DNA of 64,000 nt from Dimorphilus gyrociliatus (GCA_904063045.1 CAJFCJ010000019.1:2371700-2435699); one strand, 5' to 3'; counted from the first letter of the stretch, positions 1 to 13,611 are shown. Translations and numbers: made by a program. Notes: generated by a model from the letters alone, not told the origin.

Positions 1-3000
1 TAAAGCAAAAATGTACTGTTTCTACATCTTGCATGAAGAGTGTACTCTTCAAAATCTTTCCGTTTATCGGCATAATGGGTAATTACAAGGTCAAAGAAGA
101 TTTACTTGGAGACCTTGTTAGCGGGTTTACTGTTGGTATTATGCATATTCCTCAAGGTAAGGAATTATTTTATGACACTCGTAAACTGAACTTGTCTTGG
201 CTCTGAAAGATATATTTTTTTCTGACTACTATTAAGTACAAAACGCGTAATTGGTAATTTATTTAAAAGATACATAAATATGCTATTTGTATATACGATC
301 TAGTCACTATAACATAATATAAAAAGTATACACATGTCTATATATAGACATAAATTTTTAGAAGTAGTATTTAAGACAATAGACTTTTTTCCCTCTCCTA
401 GTAATACTTTTCTTATTCACTCTTGTTATTTTGTCCTTTTTTATGCGCATTTGTTCCTAAAAAACGTAGACACACTATGCTATTATTTCTTTATATATTA
501 AAAAAAAAAAAAGAGAGAGAGAGAGAGAGACATGCAGCAGAGTAAAAAAAAATTAAACTAAAAAAACAAATCATTAAAGAGGAAAGATTGAAAACTTTCT
601 TCTATTGTTTTTTTTTTATTAAAATGAAAGCGTCTCCATTTGATTTATGTTTCTAATAGAAATATATAAATTTAGTAGTAGATTATACTAAGGAAAAATA
701 TTTGAGACTTTTTTTATATGCTTTTAGCCTATTGTATATAACGTTATGATTAAGCAATTTAAAATAACGTATACATAAATATAAATATATTTTTTAAATA
801 ATCTTATCTTAAAGTATCGTTTGTATAGTTCAAGTTTAAAGACTTAACTACAAAAGCTAATATGACAAGCATCGTTATAGCCTAATAGAGCAAAAATTTC
901 AGTGTACAAACTTATAAAGTTGGGTGTGGCATGTTTTGCTAGTCTTAATTGGGCGTCGCCTTTTCAAAGAGGAAGAATTGTATATAAATTTCCTCTACAA
1001 TATTTTGATTTCCCCCATTGATTGATTTATCCTAAATTATAAACTTTACTCTAAATAAGAAACTTAACGTATATGTTATTTTTAATATAAATTAAAGAGA
1101 TAGAAACATTAATGTTATAATTATAATATAAAAATGGTGTTTTAAGAATATCTACTCACTCAATTAACCAACTTTATCATATTTTGATGGAAGTATAATT
1201 GACGATTTAATAGATTTTTTTCAATTTACATGTATACATATACATTTATTTAGTAATATAAAGAGTATATATATATATATATATATATATATTCTCATTC
1301 CCTTACAACTTAGACATAAAACGATTAAAAAGTAGTATTTTATTTCAATACAATTAATGAAATATATTGATATGTAATATTCTTATGGTATAATTATCTC
1401 AGTCTTTCTTTTCCTAAATTACTATTTGTACATTTTATATTAAAAAACATGAAAATATTGGCAAAAGCATATCAATTCTTTTTCTTTTATATAATATAAC
1501 ACAGGAATGGCATATGGCCTTCTAACAGGTCTATCTCCAGTTTACGGCCTATACGTGTCTTTCTTTCCTGTGTTTTTCTATTTTTTTTTTGGAAGCTCTA
1601 AGCATGTATCCATTGGTAAGTCTAAGAGGAATTGTAATAGCTCCACTTCCGTGTATTATCTCTCTTTACTTTATTATTCTTTATTTCCCTCAATTTTCCC
1701 TTTATTACAAAATTTACTTTTTCTTTTTTTGCTCCTCTAATTTTACTTTTTTTTCTTTTTTTTCATTTCACTGACTTTTCTTTTCCTATTCTCTAAAAAT
1801 TCTTAACATTTAGGCATGGCTTATTCAACTCTTGCTGGACTTTCTCCTGTTTATGGTTTATACGTGTCCTTCTTTCCTGTTATCCTTTACTTTTTCTTTG
1901 GAACATCAAAGCATGTTTCACTTGGTTTGTTGTACTTAGCTAATGCTTTGCCTGATTCTACCTTTTGATTATTATTTTTTTTTGCATTCATTCAATTTTA
2001 TTTTCAATACTTCTAAGCTTTTCTCTTTTTCTCTTTATCTACTTTTCATTATATTTTAATTATATATTTATTGAGAAAAATATCTGGGCTTTTTTAAGGT
2101 ACATTTGCTGTGATAAGTCTAATGGTTGGCTCAGTTGTTGACAAGCATTATCAATCACTAATTAACACTGATAACAATACAACTATCAACGACACTAAGT
2201 AAGTTTTCTGAAAGTCTTTATATATAGGGTATTTAGATGAATATGGTAAATTATTAAACTTCATTCAATTTCAGTACAATTACAGAGGCGGAAGATAAAG
2301 CCAAAATATCTGTAGCAACCGCAGTAACATTAATGGCTGCTCTTATGCAGGTAATTAAAATGAAATTAATATATTAATATATTAAACATCAATTTTTTAA
2401 TAGCTTGGAATGGGTTTTCTACGTCTGGGTTTTTTGACAATTTACTTATCTGATCCTTTGACAAGAGGATTTACAACTGGAGCTGCATGCCACGTCTTTA
2501 CTAGTCAAATTAAACATGTCTTTGGCATAGAAGTGAAAAGATATTCAGGGCCGTTAAAACTTATTTATGTAAGTTTTTCTCATTAATAGATATTTTCCTG
2601 AATATATTAAAAATCAATATTCGTAAATTGCAAACATTTTTCATTCCAGACCTATATTGATTTATTCAAGAATATTAAAAGTACTCATTGGCTTCCAGTT
2701 GTCATTTCGGTTATTAGTATAATTGTCCTGTATGTTACCAAAGAGTATATAAATCCGATTGTTAAGAAGAGGATAAAAGCACCTTTACCTGTTGAGTTGT
2801 TCGTTGTTATCTTGGGAACAGTTGCCTCCAGCCAAGGGAAATTCGAAGTAAAGCATAACCTTAAAGTTGTAGGCGATATTCCAGAAGGGTATATTTATTT
2901 AATAATAATTATATACTATTTGTAAGTTATATATAGAAAGAAAAAAATGAAAGTTATGTACTATTGTATATATTTAGAAATTAGGGCTTTATGAAATCAA

Positions 3001-4548
3001 TTATAATTATTTTTATCTTCTGTATTATTATATAAATAATAATAATTTTTACTAGGTAAATAGATTGAAATGATACTTGAACATATTTTTATTATTTTGT
3101 TCTTTCTTCTTTACAGCTTTCCCAAACCATCTTTTCCCGATACTTCACTTTATTCAAAAGTTGTAGGAGATTCTGTTGCAATAGCAATTGTATCATTTGC
3201 CATTTCTGTTTCTATGGTTAAACTATTCGCTAAAAAACATGACTATGAAGTTGATGCTAATCAGGAATTAGTCGCTTATGGGATATCAAATTCCATTTCT
3301 TCCATGTTTAATTGCTTCCTTAGTTCTGTATCGCTATCAAGAAGTTTAGTTCAAGAACAAGTTGGGGGAAAGACGCAATTAGCCGGTCTATTTTCATGTG
3401 CTATTGTGCTAGCTGTTATATTAAAGATAGGAGGTCTATTCGAGAAATTGCCAAATGCTGTGCTTGCTTCAATTATCCTAGTTGCCTTAAAGGGAATGTT
3501 TAAACAATTTTTAGATTTAAAGAAGTTGTGGGCAATTTCGAAATATGATTTTGTAAGTTGAAAGTTTTTTCTTCTCTTTAACTGTATAAATTAGAAAGTG
3601 ATAAAAAAATTAGATCAAAATTGAAACATTCGATAAGGTAGATGATCGCCGAATAATTTTGATTTACTTTACGTACTACAAAAATCAAGATATAATGTCC
3701 TCTATTTTCGTTACTTTCAGTGTAGTCTCTTTGACTGATAGACTATAAATTATAGTTATAATCTTATCTTTAAATTTATTTATGATTTTGTATGTTTTAT
3801 TTATTTTATTCACAAAGTATTATTTTCCCTTTTCTTCCCTTCTGTATCTGCACAGGCTATATGGTTAGTAGTTTTTCTGGCCACGGTTATACTAGACGTC
3901 GATCTTGGTTTGGCTATTGGAGTCGGATTTTCCCTATTAACTGTAGTGTTTCGTACTCAACGTCCTTATACTGCAATCCTCGGTAGACTACCGGGAACTG
4001 ATTTATATAAAGATATATCCGTTGTTAAAGAAAAAATCGTCGAGGTCGAGGGAATCAAAATATTTAGATACGAAGCATCACTTTATTATGCGAATCGTGA
4101 ACACTTTGTCAGTAAAATCACAACTAAAACTGGCGTTAATGCTAGAAAATTGAAGATAAAACAAACCAAAATCTTAAAGAAAATCGAAGCATACGAAAAA
4201 GCTGCTAAAAAAAAGACGGAAGTGGAAGGAAACGAGAGCGAAATAATCGCTGAATTACGCAATGATTTACCTAAATGTGACATTCATACAATTATTGTCG
4301 ATTGTTCAACGATGGGTTATATTGATAGCGTTGGTGTCTCTGCTCTTGGACAAGTGATGTCAGATTATGCAGAAATTAACGTTAAAGTTCTACTTGCAAA
4401 CTGTAAAGCTGGTATACGTGAAATGCTACATAATGCTGGATTCTATGAAAGAATTGATAAAAAGAATATATTTTTAACAATTCATGACGCAGTACTATGG
4501 TGTTTAAGAGACAAGCCACATGAGTTTACGCAAGTACGTAGACTGTAA
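1..4548 (+). CDS. SLC26: SLC26 family anion transporter (prestin/SLC26A5-A6-like), 5' end outside window
   Basis: Exons 1-156 ([17 protein letters not shown]), 1505-1615 or 1814-1924, 2099-2198, 2275-2350, 2404-2568, 2650-2888, 3117-3552 ([15 protein letters not shown]), 3856-4548 (STAS domain, YIDSVG). All GT-AG and in phase. The C-terminus may extend by splicing to 5051-5143 and 5585-5596 or 5789-5839. Confidence 0.93.
500..530. repeat. Poly-A run followed by (AG)n microsatellite
   Basis: Directly visible in the SLC26 intron. Confidence 0.9.
1266..1291. repeat. (TA)n microsatellite
   Basis: About 13 TA units. Confidence 0.9.
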
Positions 4549-4861
4549 ATAGTCTTTAACTTATTCAGAAGTTATTATGTCATCGACGTTAAACTATTAA
4601 AAATAGCTATTTAATCATTATCTATCCAAAAATGCATACAAGCATGATAAAAAAGCACAGTGACTAAACGCTAAAAATCCTAAAAATTATATATTTTTCG
4701 GATTTCTTTTTATAAAATCACTAGAAATTCCTTTAGCTTTTGACTTATCTTTTTATAATCTTAAAGAGATTAGTAAGAACGTTAACTTTATCAATAAAAA
4801 AATGAACAAGTTATAGTTAATGCGCTCTATATAGAATTGCTCTTTTCCCCCATCACACATA

Positions 4862-4862
<1 letters not shown>

Positions 4863-4930
<68 letters not shown>
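4863..4930. repeat. Compound (CA)n(TA)n microsatellite
   Basis: CA run 4863-4894, TA run 4897-4930. Confidence 0.92.
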
Positions 4931-4933
<3 letters not shown>

Positions 4934-7214
4934 TCTTTCTCTTAGTTTAATATCGGTGACTTTTACTTATCATAGATTATCTTGATTATTATGTGTAATG
5001 ATCGCGCTTCATGATTTTTTTTTATTTTTTTCTTCTTTCCCTTACATTAGCTTCTACGGACAATGAGTATGGAAAGTGAACATTTTAGCGGCCTTCATCA
5101 AAATTCTACAGTGACTGCACAAAAAGAATTAGATGTGATAGATGTAAGTGTTTATTAGATTATAACTTTTATTTAAAAACAAATTTATAATACAAATACA
5201 CTATATATACAGTTTATTAGTATATACATATAAATATAATGCGCCGAAGTTGTATTGCTTTTGTAGTTATAGCATAGAGAATGCATTTATGTTTCCTCAA
5301 GTCACAACTTTCAATTGAATCGTTTTTTTAGTCAGTACTTTTGCAAACCTCACCGTCACTATTAACCCCAAAATTAAATACATTAACAATAACCAACCCT
5401 TGCCCCACATGGGGATGAAAAGTGATTTGTATGAAGAAAAGGGTCGATTTAACTTCGGAGAGCATATATATATATAGTGTATATACTATTTCATATATAG
5501 TGTTTATATTTGCATATTCATAATTTTAAGCCTGCTTAAGTATATTTTAATATTATTCCTAATCATTCTATCACTTACAAACAGTCGGAAATGTAGATGA
5601 AGTTTAGGTATGGTATATAGAGTGATCGTTAATTTGGTGATGTTATGATCTGTCTATTAATCTGCAGAAAATTGCTTTCTTTCATTAATACTGTATATAA
5701 ATGTCTTAATAAAATCTCAAGACATATTTCTAAAACAAACAACTTGAATTGTAATAAATATTGAAAAATATTAAAAAACTATAAACAGGAATGCAACATA
5801 GACGAAGAAGAGTACGGTGTATCAACCTACATGATCTGATGAATAAGAAATGATTATTCTCTGAAAGAAAAACAAAAATTTTAATAATTTGTCAATATTT
5901 TTATATTTTAAAGAATTGTTTCTAAATTCAAGAAAAATAAGGAAAAGCCAAAAGTCTAATTGTCTCTTTCTTTTCCTTTATTGTCTGAAGTCTAAAGATA
6001 TAATAATCCAATTTCCAGTAATATTTTATGTATGTTATATTTTAAAATGCGTAAATTTTATTGATATAAATATATATATATGTATACAACATAAAAGAAA
6101 AAGTATAATTATATTGTGTGTCACATAAACTAACTGTGAAGGAAAGGAAGATAACTGTTAACAATTGTCAAATACTTATTTTACGTTTTTTTGGATATAA
6201 AATCGTTTTTAATCGAAAAATGAATTTTAAAAGAAATAGAACGAAATAGGCTTTTTAAATATTATAATAATATCGTAAAAAGCCTTAAATATATTTTTTT
6301 ATTTATGTATATTACACAATGCTATGACTATATATTCATGCTGCTTATGTATGGATATTTATTTTCCTTTGTCTCTCCATCTCCTGCGCTGTCCCTTTAT
6401 CTATATATATACAGTATATTTAAATTCCTATCATTCTGAGTTTGTAATATATATATATACATATGTGAAATATGCTAATAATAGTCAAATATGAATAAAA
6501 TCAATATTGAATAACTCGCAAAGAACCTATAAACTCTCTTCCATTGTTCTTACTCTGAGTTAACTTCCCCCTTTTTTTTAAGATAAAAAGCGTATTAATA
6601 GTAAAAATTCTACTTCTTCATTTAAATATTTATAGACTTTCTTATTTCAATTTTTCTTCTTTATGTCTGCTAATTAAAAATTGAATATTTTAGTCGTTTT
6701 TTTTAATCTTAGATAAAAAAAGGAAATGTAACCAAAGTTCAATCTATTATTAAGCATTTGACTAAGTAATCCGTCACTGATCAAAGTATAGTTCGAACGA
6801 AATTTTTAATACTAAATCTATCTTGATCAGAGTCAATCTGATCACTTTCTTGCATTAGTACTTTATCTATAAAATCGATTTTAATGAATAAATTTATGTG
6901 CTAAAGTAATTATAAACAGAATATAAATCCAATTGTCAATGTGGATAAATCTTTTAATATTTATTTATAACTCCTTAGTAACACGTTAGCTATTTAATAT
7001 TGTTACTTCAATCTGTAATATACACGTCCATTTATGTTGGCTATAATTAAATTGAAATTCTATTAACCTATAGATGGCTCTTTCATCGTTTTTATCATTC
7101 TCCCTCTAGCGCACAGAAAACATCCGCCATCTTAGTTTTTGGCAATAATAAATAAATTGCGTTACACGAGTTTAGCTAATCTCACCGTTTCAGGAAGATT
7201 AAGGTTTTTAAGAA

Positions 7215-8531
7215 ATGGATCGTAATAATGATTGGCAAAGTGGGAACTTTAGAAATAACATTAGGATGAAAATACAAGAACAATTGGACAAATGCTTTGG
7301 ACCAAATGTCAAAAATGCAGTTGATCTAGAAAATAGCATATATATAAAATCATCCTCAAAGGAAGTTTATTCAAATCAAATAAAAAATTTGTTCCTTCAG
7401 CTAACAAAGCGTTTCGGAAATCGTCAAGGTCAAGAAGGAAATACTTTTCGACCTGCAAACCCTCAGCAAGCGAGACCTGCTAACCCTCAACAAGCGAGAA
7501 CAGCCTACCCTCGACCGGAAATGGTTGTCAGAGGACCTTATCATCCATACCAGCAAAATCCAAGAATTAATAACGTCAATAGTCCTATTCATGTCGTTCC
7601 ATATTCGCCGAGTCCTCAACAGCCTTCTCCTGTTCCTATGATACCGTCACCAGCAAATCCTCAAGCACAACCATCACCTCGATCCAATTTAAGTGTTCCC
7701 TCTCCATCCAGTCAAATAAACACTCCAGCCCAACCTGGTGCATCTCCCAATAACGAGAAAGCTCAAGTTGCAGCTAAGCTACGGGAATTACAAATCTACA
7801 TAGAACCCCTTAACAGAATGATCCATAAGCTTCAACAAGATAAATCTAAACATATGGAATTACATAAACTTCAAAAACTGAGGGATTTTCTTTTGGAAGA
7901 AAAACAGACGCCATTACCGACCCTCATCAAATGCGAAGAGGTTTTAAAACGTCTTCATTTATTAACTCCAGAACCAGCGGTTTCAGCGACCACTGACTCT
8001 CCAACAATTATCAAAAAAGAAACACATATGGGTCAGCACTTACTAACTGTTTTAGCACAATCTACAAGACGACCACGTCTGGCCCATGTCATACAGGATG
8101 TAGTTATATCTCATATGGCCTCTACACCATCGACTGTTTTACGACCAGATAGCGAAAAGCCTAAAACCAATGATATGGACTTTGTGCCTAGTATTGTACA
8201 AGGGGAGATAGCCAGGTTACCGAAAAGATTTAGAGCTCAACGAGACAAAGACAAACCGGCAGCTGGGGGAGAAGTAAACATGATAGTCGAACTTGTTTGC
8301 GAAGATCTACCTACAGTTCCGCCAATCTACATAAATGTTCCATCTAAATATACTGACAATGAAGCATCTCCAACTTACTCCCTATCTCATTATACCGGAA
8401 GTGATTTTCTAGAAGCTGTCAGTCAAACTGTCGACAAAAGGATCACATATTTGGAATCGCGATATTCTATCACAGAGGTTTTAACTTGTTGGGAAATGGC
8501 CGTTAGATCTATTGTTGCTAATTCTTGTTAA
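7215..8531 (+). CDS. MED15: Mediator subunit 15, single exon, 438 aa
   Basis: N-terminal KIX-like segment (DWQSGNFRNNIRMKIQEQL), P/Q/S-rich middle, C-terminal VPSIVQGEIARL and SITEVLTCWEMAVR typical of MED15. Confidence 0.85.
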   Translation: MDRNNDWQSGNFRNNIRMKIQEQLDKCFGPNVKNAVDLENSIYIKSSSKEVYSNQIKNLFLQLTKRFGNRQGQEGNTFRPANPQQARPANPQQARTAYPRPEMVVRGPYHPYQQNPRINNVNSPIHVVPYSPSPQQPSPVPMIPSPANPQAQPSPRSNLSVPSPSSQINTPAQPGASPNNEKAQVAAKLRELQIYIEPLNRMIHKLQQDKSKHMELHKLQKLRDFLLEEKQTPLPTLIKCEEVLKRLHLLTPEPAVSATTDSPTIIKKETHMGQHLLTVLAQSTRRPRLAHVIQDVVISHMASTPSTVLRPDSEKPKTNDMDFVPSIVQGEIARLPKRFRAQRDKDKPAAGGEVNMIVELVCEDLPTVPPIYINVPSKYTDNEASPTYSLSHYTGSDFLEAVSQTVDKRITYLESRYSITEVLTCWEMAVRSIVANSC

Positions 8532-9059
8532 TATCGCTCCATTCTGCATATTATAGGCCATACATACACATACAGTATAGAAATACATATATTTATGTAC
8601 TGTAGGCGGTATATGCGTATATTTATAAAATGTATAACATAGGTATACAGTATAACTTATGAAACTGATATGTCCATTTTCGTATATGTGTAATTTCAGC
8701 TTTGAATTGCTTTAAAAGGGAATGAAGCTGAGTTTTGTACTTGCATATAACAATATTTAATAAATGAATTATAATTGGCTAATTAAAACAATTGCAATAA
8801 AGTATTAAGCACTCTGTGTTCCAAGGTCATGATTCATTGACGCCGAGGCTATTACAAGGAATTCCCTTCATAATCTGATGACGTAGAATGACTCACCAAG
8901 AATTCACAGGCGGCTTTCGTTTCCTTGATTAGTTGTTCCGAAAACGTTACTTACTTCAGAAGTTAAACATATAATAATTTTATCAGGAGATTATTTAGAA
9001 ATCTTATGATTATTTAGTATTTATTAAATTATCTTCCTACATCTGACAAAACTGATAAA

Positions 9060-12000
9060 ATGGTAAGTTCAATAAAAACATGCACCTATATAAACCTGTT
9101 TCCTCACTGAATAATAGTATATGCAAGTGGAAAAAACAAATAGTTCGTTCTATATTACAGAAACGATTTTTTAATAGAATGTATAGAAATAATCGATTTG
9201 TATTAATATTACAAATGTCTGATTTGGAAAATGTTTTAATATATTGAATTCTAATACACGTTTTCTTTAGAGTGTTTTTTTAAATTAACAATGCATTTAT
9301 AGACACATCATTGGGAGAAAAATAAACGGCCGGGCGTCGATGACATGGTCCTGTTGAAATCATTTGAAGATAATGAAATAAAAAAGAACTTGCGAGAGAG
9401 ATTCATGCAAGATTGTATTTACGTACGTTCACTAAAATATTATTCACCATATTCCATTAATTCGTGACAACAATCTTCTATCATTTTTTTTTACTGTAGA
9501 CCTATATTGGACCAGTACTAATTTCTGTTAACCCATTTAAACAATTAAATATCTATACCGACAAAGAACTGGAGATTTATAGAGATGCTGTGAGTTTCCC
9601 CCTAGAATTAATTCATTAATTAATTTAATAAACAAGTGATTTTCTTTATTTCTATGAAATTAGGCTCCCTATGAAAATGCTCCGCATGTTTACGCCCTTA
9701 CTGATGATATGTATCGAAATATGCTAATTGACAATGATAGTCACTGTGTAATTATTAGGTATTTATAATTTAGAGAAGACTATAGTTTCTTACTCTATGG
9801 TTATCAATTAATTTAGCGGAGAATCAGGAGCAGGAAAAACTGTTGCTGCAAAATTTATTATGAGCTATATAACAAAAGTATCTGGTGGAAGTTCAACTGT
9901 GGAACGTCTAAAAGAGATTATCCTGAAATCAAATCCGTTATTAGAAGCTTTTGGAAACGCTAAAACACTTAGGAACAATAATTCTAGTCGTTTTGTAAGC
10001 TATTATACTTGATTATTTAATATCAATTTACTCAGTTTATCGATGAATAATTGAATTATCCAATTATCTTTATTCAGGGTAAATATGTTGAAATACAATT
10101 TAATAGAGGAGGCGAGCCAATTGGAGGTAGTATTAGAAATTTTCTCTTAGAAAAGTCTAGGGTTTTAGGATTGAATGTTGGAGAAAGAAATTTCCATATA
10201 TTTTATCAAATGATTGAGGGACTAAAAGGCAAAGGAAATCTAGCCAATGATTTATCTATACCTGAAAATGCTAACTACTTTTATTATTTAAATCAAACTG
10301 GAGAGTTCAAAGTTGATGGAGTAAACGATGTAAATGATTTTAAAGATACAGAGGTATAATTTCTTTTTTTTCATTTACGTTCTTCCCCTAATCATCTATT
10401 GTATTATTTTATTTTCATTTTAGTCAGCTTTATCCGTAACCGGAATTTGCCAAGAAGATCAGTACAATATATTTTGTATGATCAGTGGTATTTTACATCT
10501 CGGAAATATTGATTTTATAGATAATAACGGCTGTCAATTAAGAGATAGAGCATACTTGGACTGTCCTGCTTTCTACTTGGGAATTAACCAAAATGATTTA
10601 GAACAAAAACTATTACATCAAAATTTAAGAATGGATAATATTGGTATGCAAGCCCAGAGTATAATGAAAAGTCATAACGTTGAACAAGCTAAATATGCAA
10701 GAGATGCACTGGCGAAAGCTATTTATGCCCGTCTATTCGATTACCTAGTTCAACAAATTAACATTGCAATGCAAAATCCAGATAAGGATACCATTAATAT
10801 AGGAATTTTAGATATTTACGGTTTTGAAATATTTGAACGGAATGGTTTTGAACAATTCTGCATTAATTTTGTAAACGAAAAACTGCAACAGATTTTTATT
10901 GAATTAACACTCAGAAATGAACAAGAAGAGTACAGGAAAGAAGGAGTTAAATGGCGTGATATTGAATTTCTTGATAATAAAAGTATTTGTGAGCTGTTTG
11001 AAGGTGATGGAAGAGGTAAAGTTGGGATGTTTAGTGCATTAGATGACGTTTGTAAGACTCTGCACGCTGTTACCGCTGATTCGGATTCGAAATTCCTTGG
11101 TAAAATGAGGGAATTACAATTTGAAAGTTCACGGCACTGCCAAATATCTAGTAATAATTTCATTATTTCTCATTATGCTGGAAAAGTCAACTACACAGTG
11201 GAGGGTTTTTGTGAGAGAAATAGAGATGTACTTAATGTAGACCTTATACAGTTAATGCAATCTAGCAATGTTGACCTCATTAGAAGACTCTTCCCAGAAG
11301 ATGTCTCCCAACACACGAAACGACCAACAACTGCTGGAAAAAAGATTAGAACGCAGGCTAATAATTTGGTTGATGCTCTTATGAAGTGTACCCCACACTA
11401 TATACGTTGCATCAAACCGAACGAATCCAAAAGAGCGAGAGATTTCGAAGATGATCGAGTAATCCATCAAATTAAATATCTTGGCTTATCCGAAAATATT
11501 AGGGTAAGACGAGCTGGCTTCTCTTATCGTAGAGAATATGAAAAATTTGTTCAACGATATGCTATTCTCCATCAAGGAGTTTGGGTAAGATGGAGAAGGG
11601 CAGGAGGGGGCCAAATGGAGGCAAGACGAGATACTGAAATACTGCTAAAAGACTCACAGGTTGACCCCAACGAATACGAAATGGGAAGAACGAAAATATT
11701 TATAAGACGACCAGATTCGTTGTTTCTTTTAGAAGAGCAACGTGCAAGAAAATACGACGAATACGCAAGAAAGATTCAAAAATGGTTTAGAAAATATATT
11801 GGAGTTCGCTATTACGTTAAATTAAGAAAAGAAGCTGCAGATGTTCTGAAAGGAAGAAAAGAAAGGAGAAGAGCTAGCTTGAATAGAAAATTCTTAGGTG
11901 ACTATATAGACGTAGATAAAAAACCCGCTATATTAACTTTCTTTGAGAAACGAAGGGAAAAAATCGGAGAGAAGGTTCTCTTTGCCTTAACTGTTAACAA

Positions 12001-13267
12001 ATTTGATCGCAGATTCAAGTCGGTAAAGAGAGACTTGATATTAACTGATAAAAATTTATATCTCATTGGAAGAGAAAAAGTAAAGAAAGGTCCTAAAAAA
12101 GGACAAATCTGTGAAGTAGTAAAGAGAAAAATCCCCATTCAGGAAATTGAAGCAATATCCTGCAGTTGTAGACAGGATGACTTTTTTGCTCTGCATATTA
12201 AAAATGAATATGGTTCTCTTTTGGAATGCACATTAAAAACAGAGTTTTTTACTGTTTTAAGTAAACAATTAAAAGAAAAATATGGAATGCCTTTAAATTT
12301 AAATATCAATAATAGTTATTCATTTGCTGTAAAGAAAGAAGGTTTTAGAGGTGGTGGTTCACGAAATGTCAATGTCAGCAGAGACACTGGTGATCGGCAG
12401 CTAGTTCATATGAGACGATACGAAAATGTTGCTAATGTATCTTCAGTATTGAAAACATCGATGAAAACTTTGACTATTCTTGTTCCTGATGGCTTACCTC
12501 CCGGAACTCAACCATCATCGACGCTCGAAAGAGCTGCTGGAAATGGACATCGACACAGCAAGCCAGCTATACAAAGCTTCCGTCCTACTGCTCCAACTGG
12601 AATGGCCTTACAAAGTAACATAGTTCCAAAAAGAAGCTCTGGAAAGGCTGCTCCATTCTTCCCAAGAGAAGGTGCTGAAGTTTATGCCTCACAGGCGAAA
12701 ACAAGAGTAGGACAAATGGATCAAAGTTTCTTACAACGTCTTCCCGATAGGGGCGATATGTAAGTTGTTAATAAGTCATATTCTTTTTTTTAATATCTAC
12801 TTATTATACTGTATTTTCTCTTTAATAGAACTGTTAAGCTACCTAACCCAAATAAGAATAGGGCACTGCCAAAACCACCTATTGGACCAAAACCTGTAAC
12901 AAGACAGTTAGTACCTAATTTTTATTGACAAAGATAACTTTAAATTCAATTTTCTTTTTTATTTATTTTTATTTTCATTTACTTTTTAGACCTCCACCAG
13001 CTAAAATTGCTGAAGCATTATACAGTTACACTAGTACAGATGTCGACGAAATGTCATTTAATGAAGGAGATCGAATTGAAATAATAAGCAGTAAGAAACG
13101 CTTTTTATTATTGTTTTTTTTACACAATTATTACCTTTATATTGAATCATAATTATTAATTATGAAAATTTTTATTTTTATTAGCCGATGGAGATTGGTG
13201 GAAAGGTAAATCTAAGGATGGAAAAATGAAATTAATACCGTACAACTATGTCAAACTTATAAACTGA
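9060..13267 (+). CDS. MYO1E: Long-tailed class I myosin (MYO1E/F-like): motor, IQ, TH1, SH3
   Basis: Likely ATG-only first exon at 9060-9062 (ATG|gtaagt), then 9303-9422 (GVDDMVLL), 9500-9589, 9664-9758, 9817-9994 (GESGAGKT), 10078-10353, 10424-12759, 12829-12906, 12990-13090 and 13185-13267 (SH3: ALYSY...WWKG...PYNYV). Confidence 0.92.
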
Positions 13268-13611
13268 ACTATATAAACAAATTTTTAAGTTTTATTAAAA
13301 AATTAATTATATATATACACAATCTTATTACACTGAAGGAGTTACTCGCTATTCGTGCAATTGAATGGGAATGAAGATCATTGATGGAGCAGAAGAGAAA
13401 AGTTGGAGAGATTATTAATAATTTATTTTAATATCTCTATTTACCTATTTTATTTCTATGTGTTGCTGTTCTTTTCATTTTATTATAAATAATAATTTAC
13501 AAATATTTAGTTTTAATCTAGCTTATGCTAGATGTCCATTATTTTTAAAATTCAAAATTACTTCATTTTAATTTTAATTAACTTCTCATTTTCAATCCAT
13601 CTTAATGATTA

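Noticed and set aside
4086-4283. Antisense ORFs overlapping real genes (also 7401, 10816, 11252, 11902, 22153, 26369, 27919, 38124, 39288, 41527, 46034, 51032, 54282, 55738, 60345, 62841 and others)
   Set aside because: Shadow frames of well-supported coding exons with no family motifs
5889-6128. Short AT-rich ORFs (also 25366, 31168, 31697, 44813, 44871, 56909, 63324)
   Set aside because: Low-complexity F/L/I/Y/K-rich translations with non-ATG or context-free starts and no homology cues
6777-6844. Imperfect inverted repeats built on CTGATCA
   Set aside because: Stems are only 7-8 bp, with no target-site duplication or recognisable RNA fold
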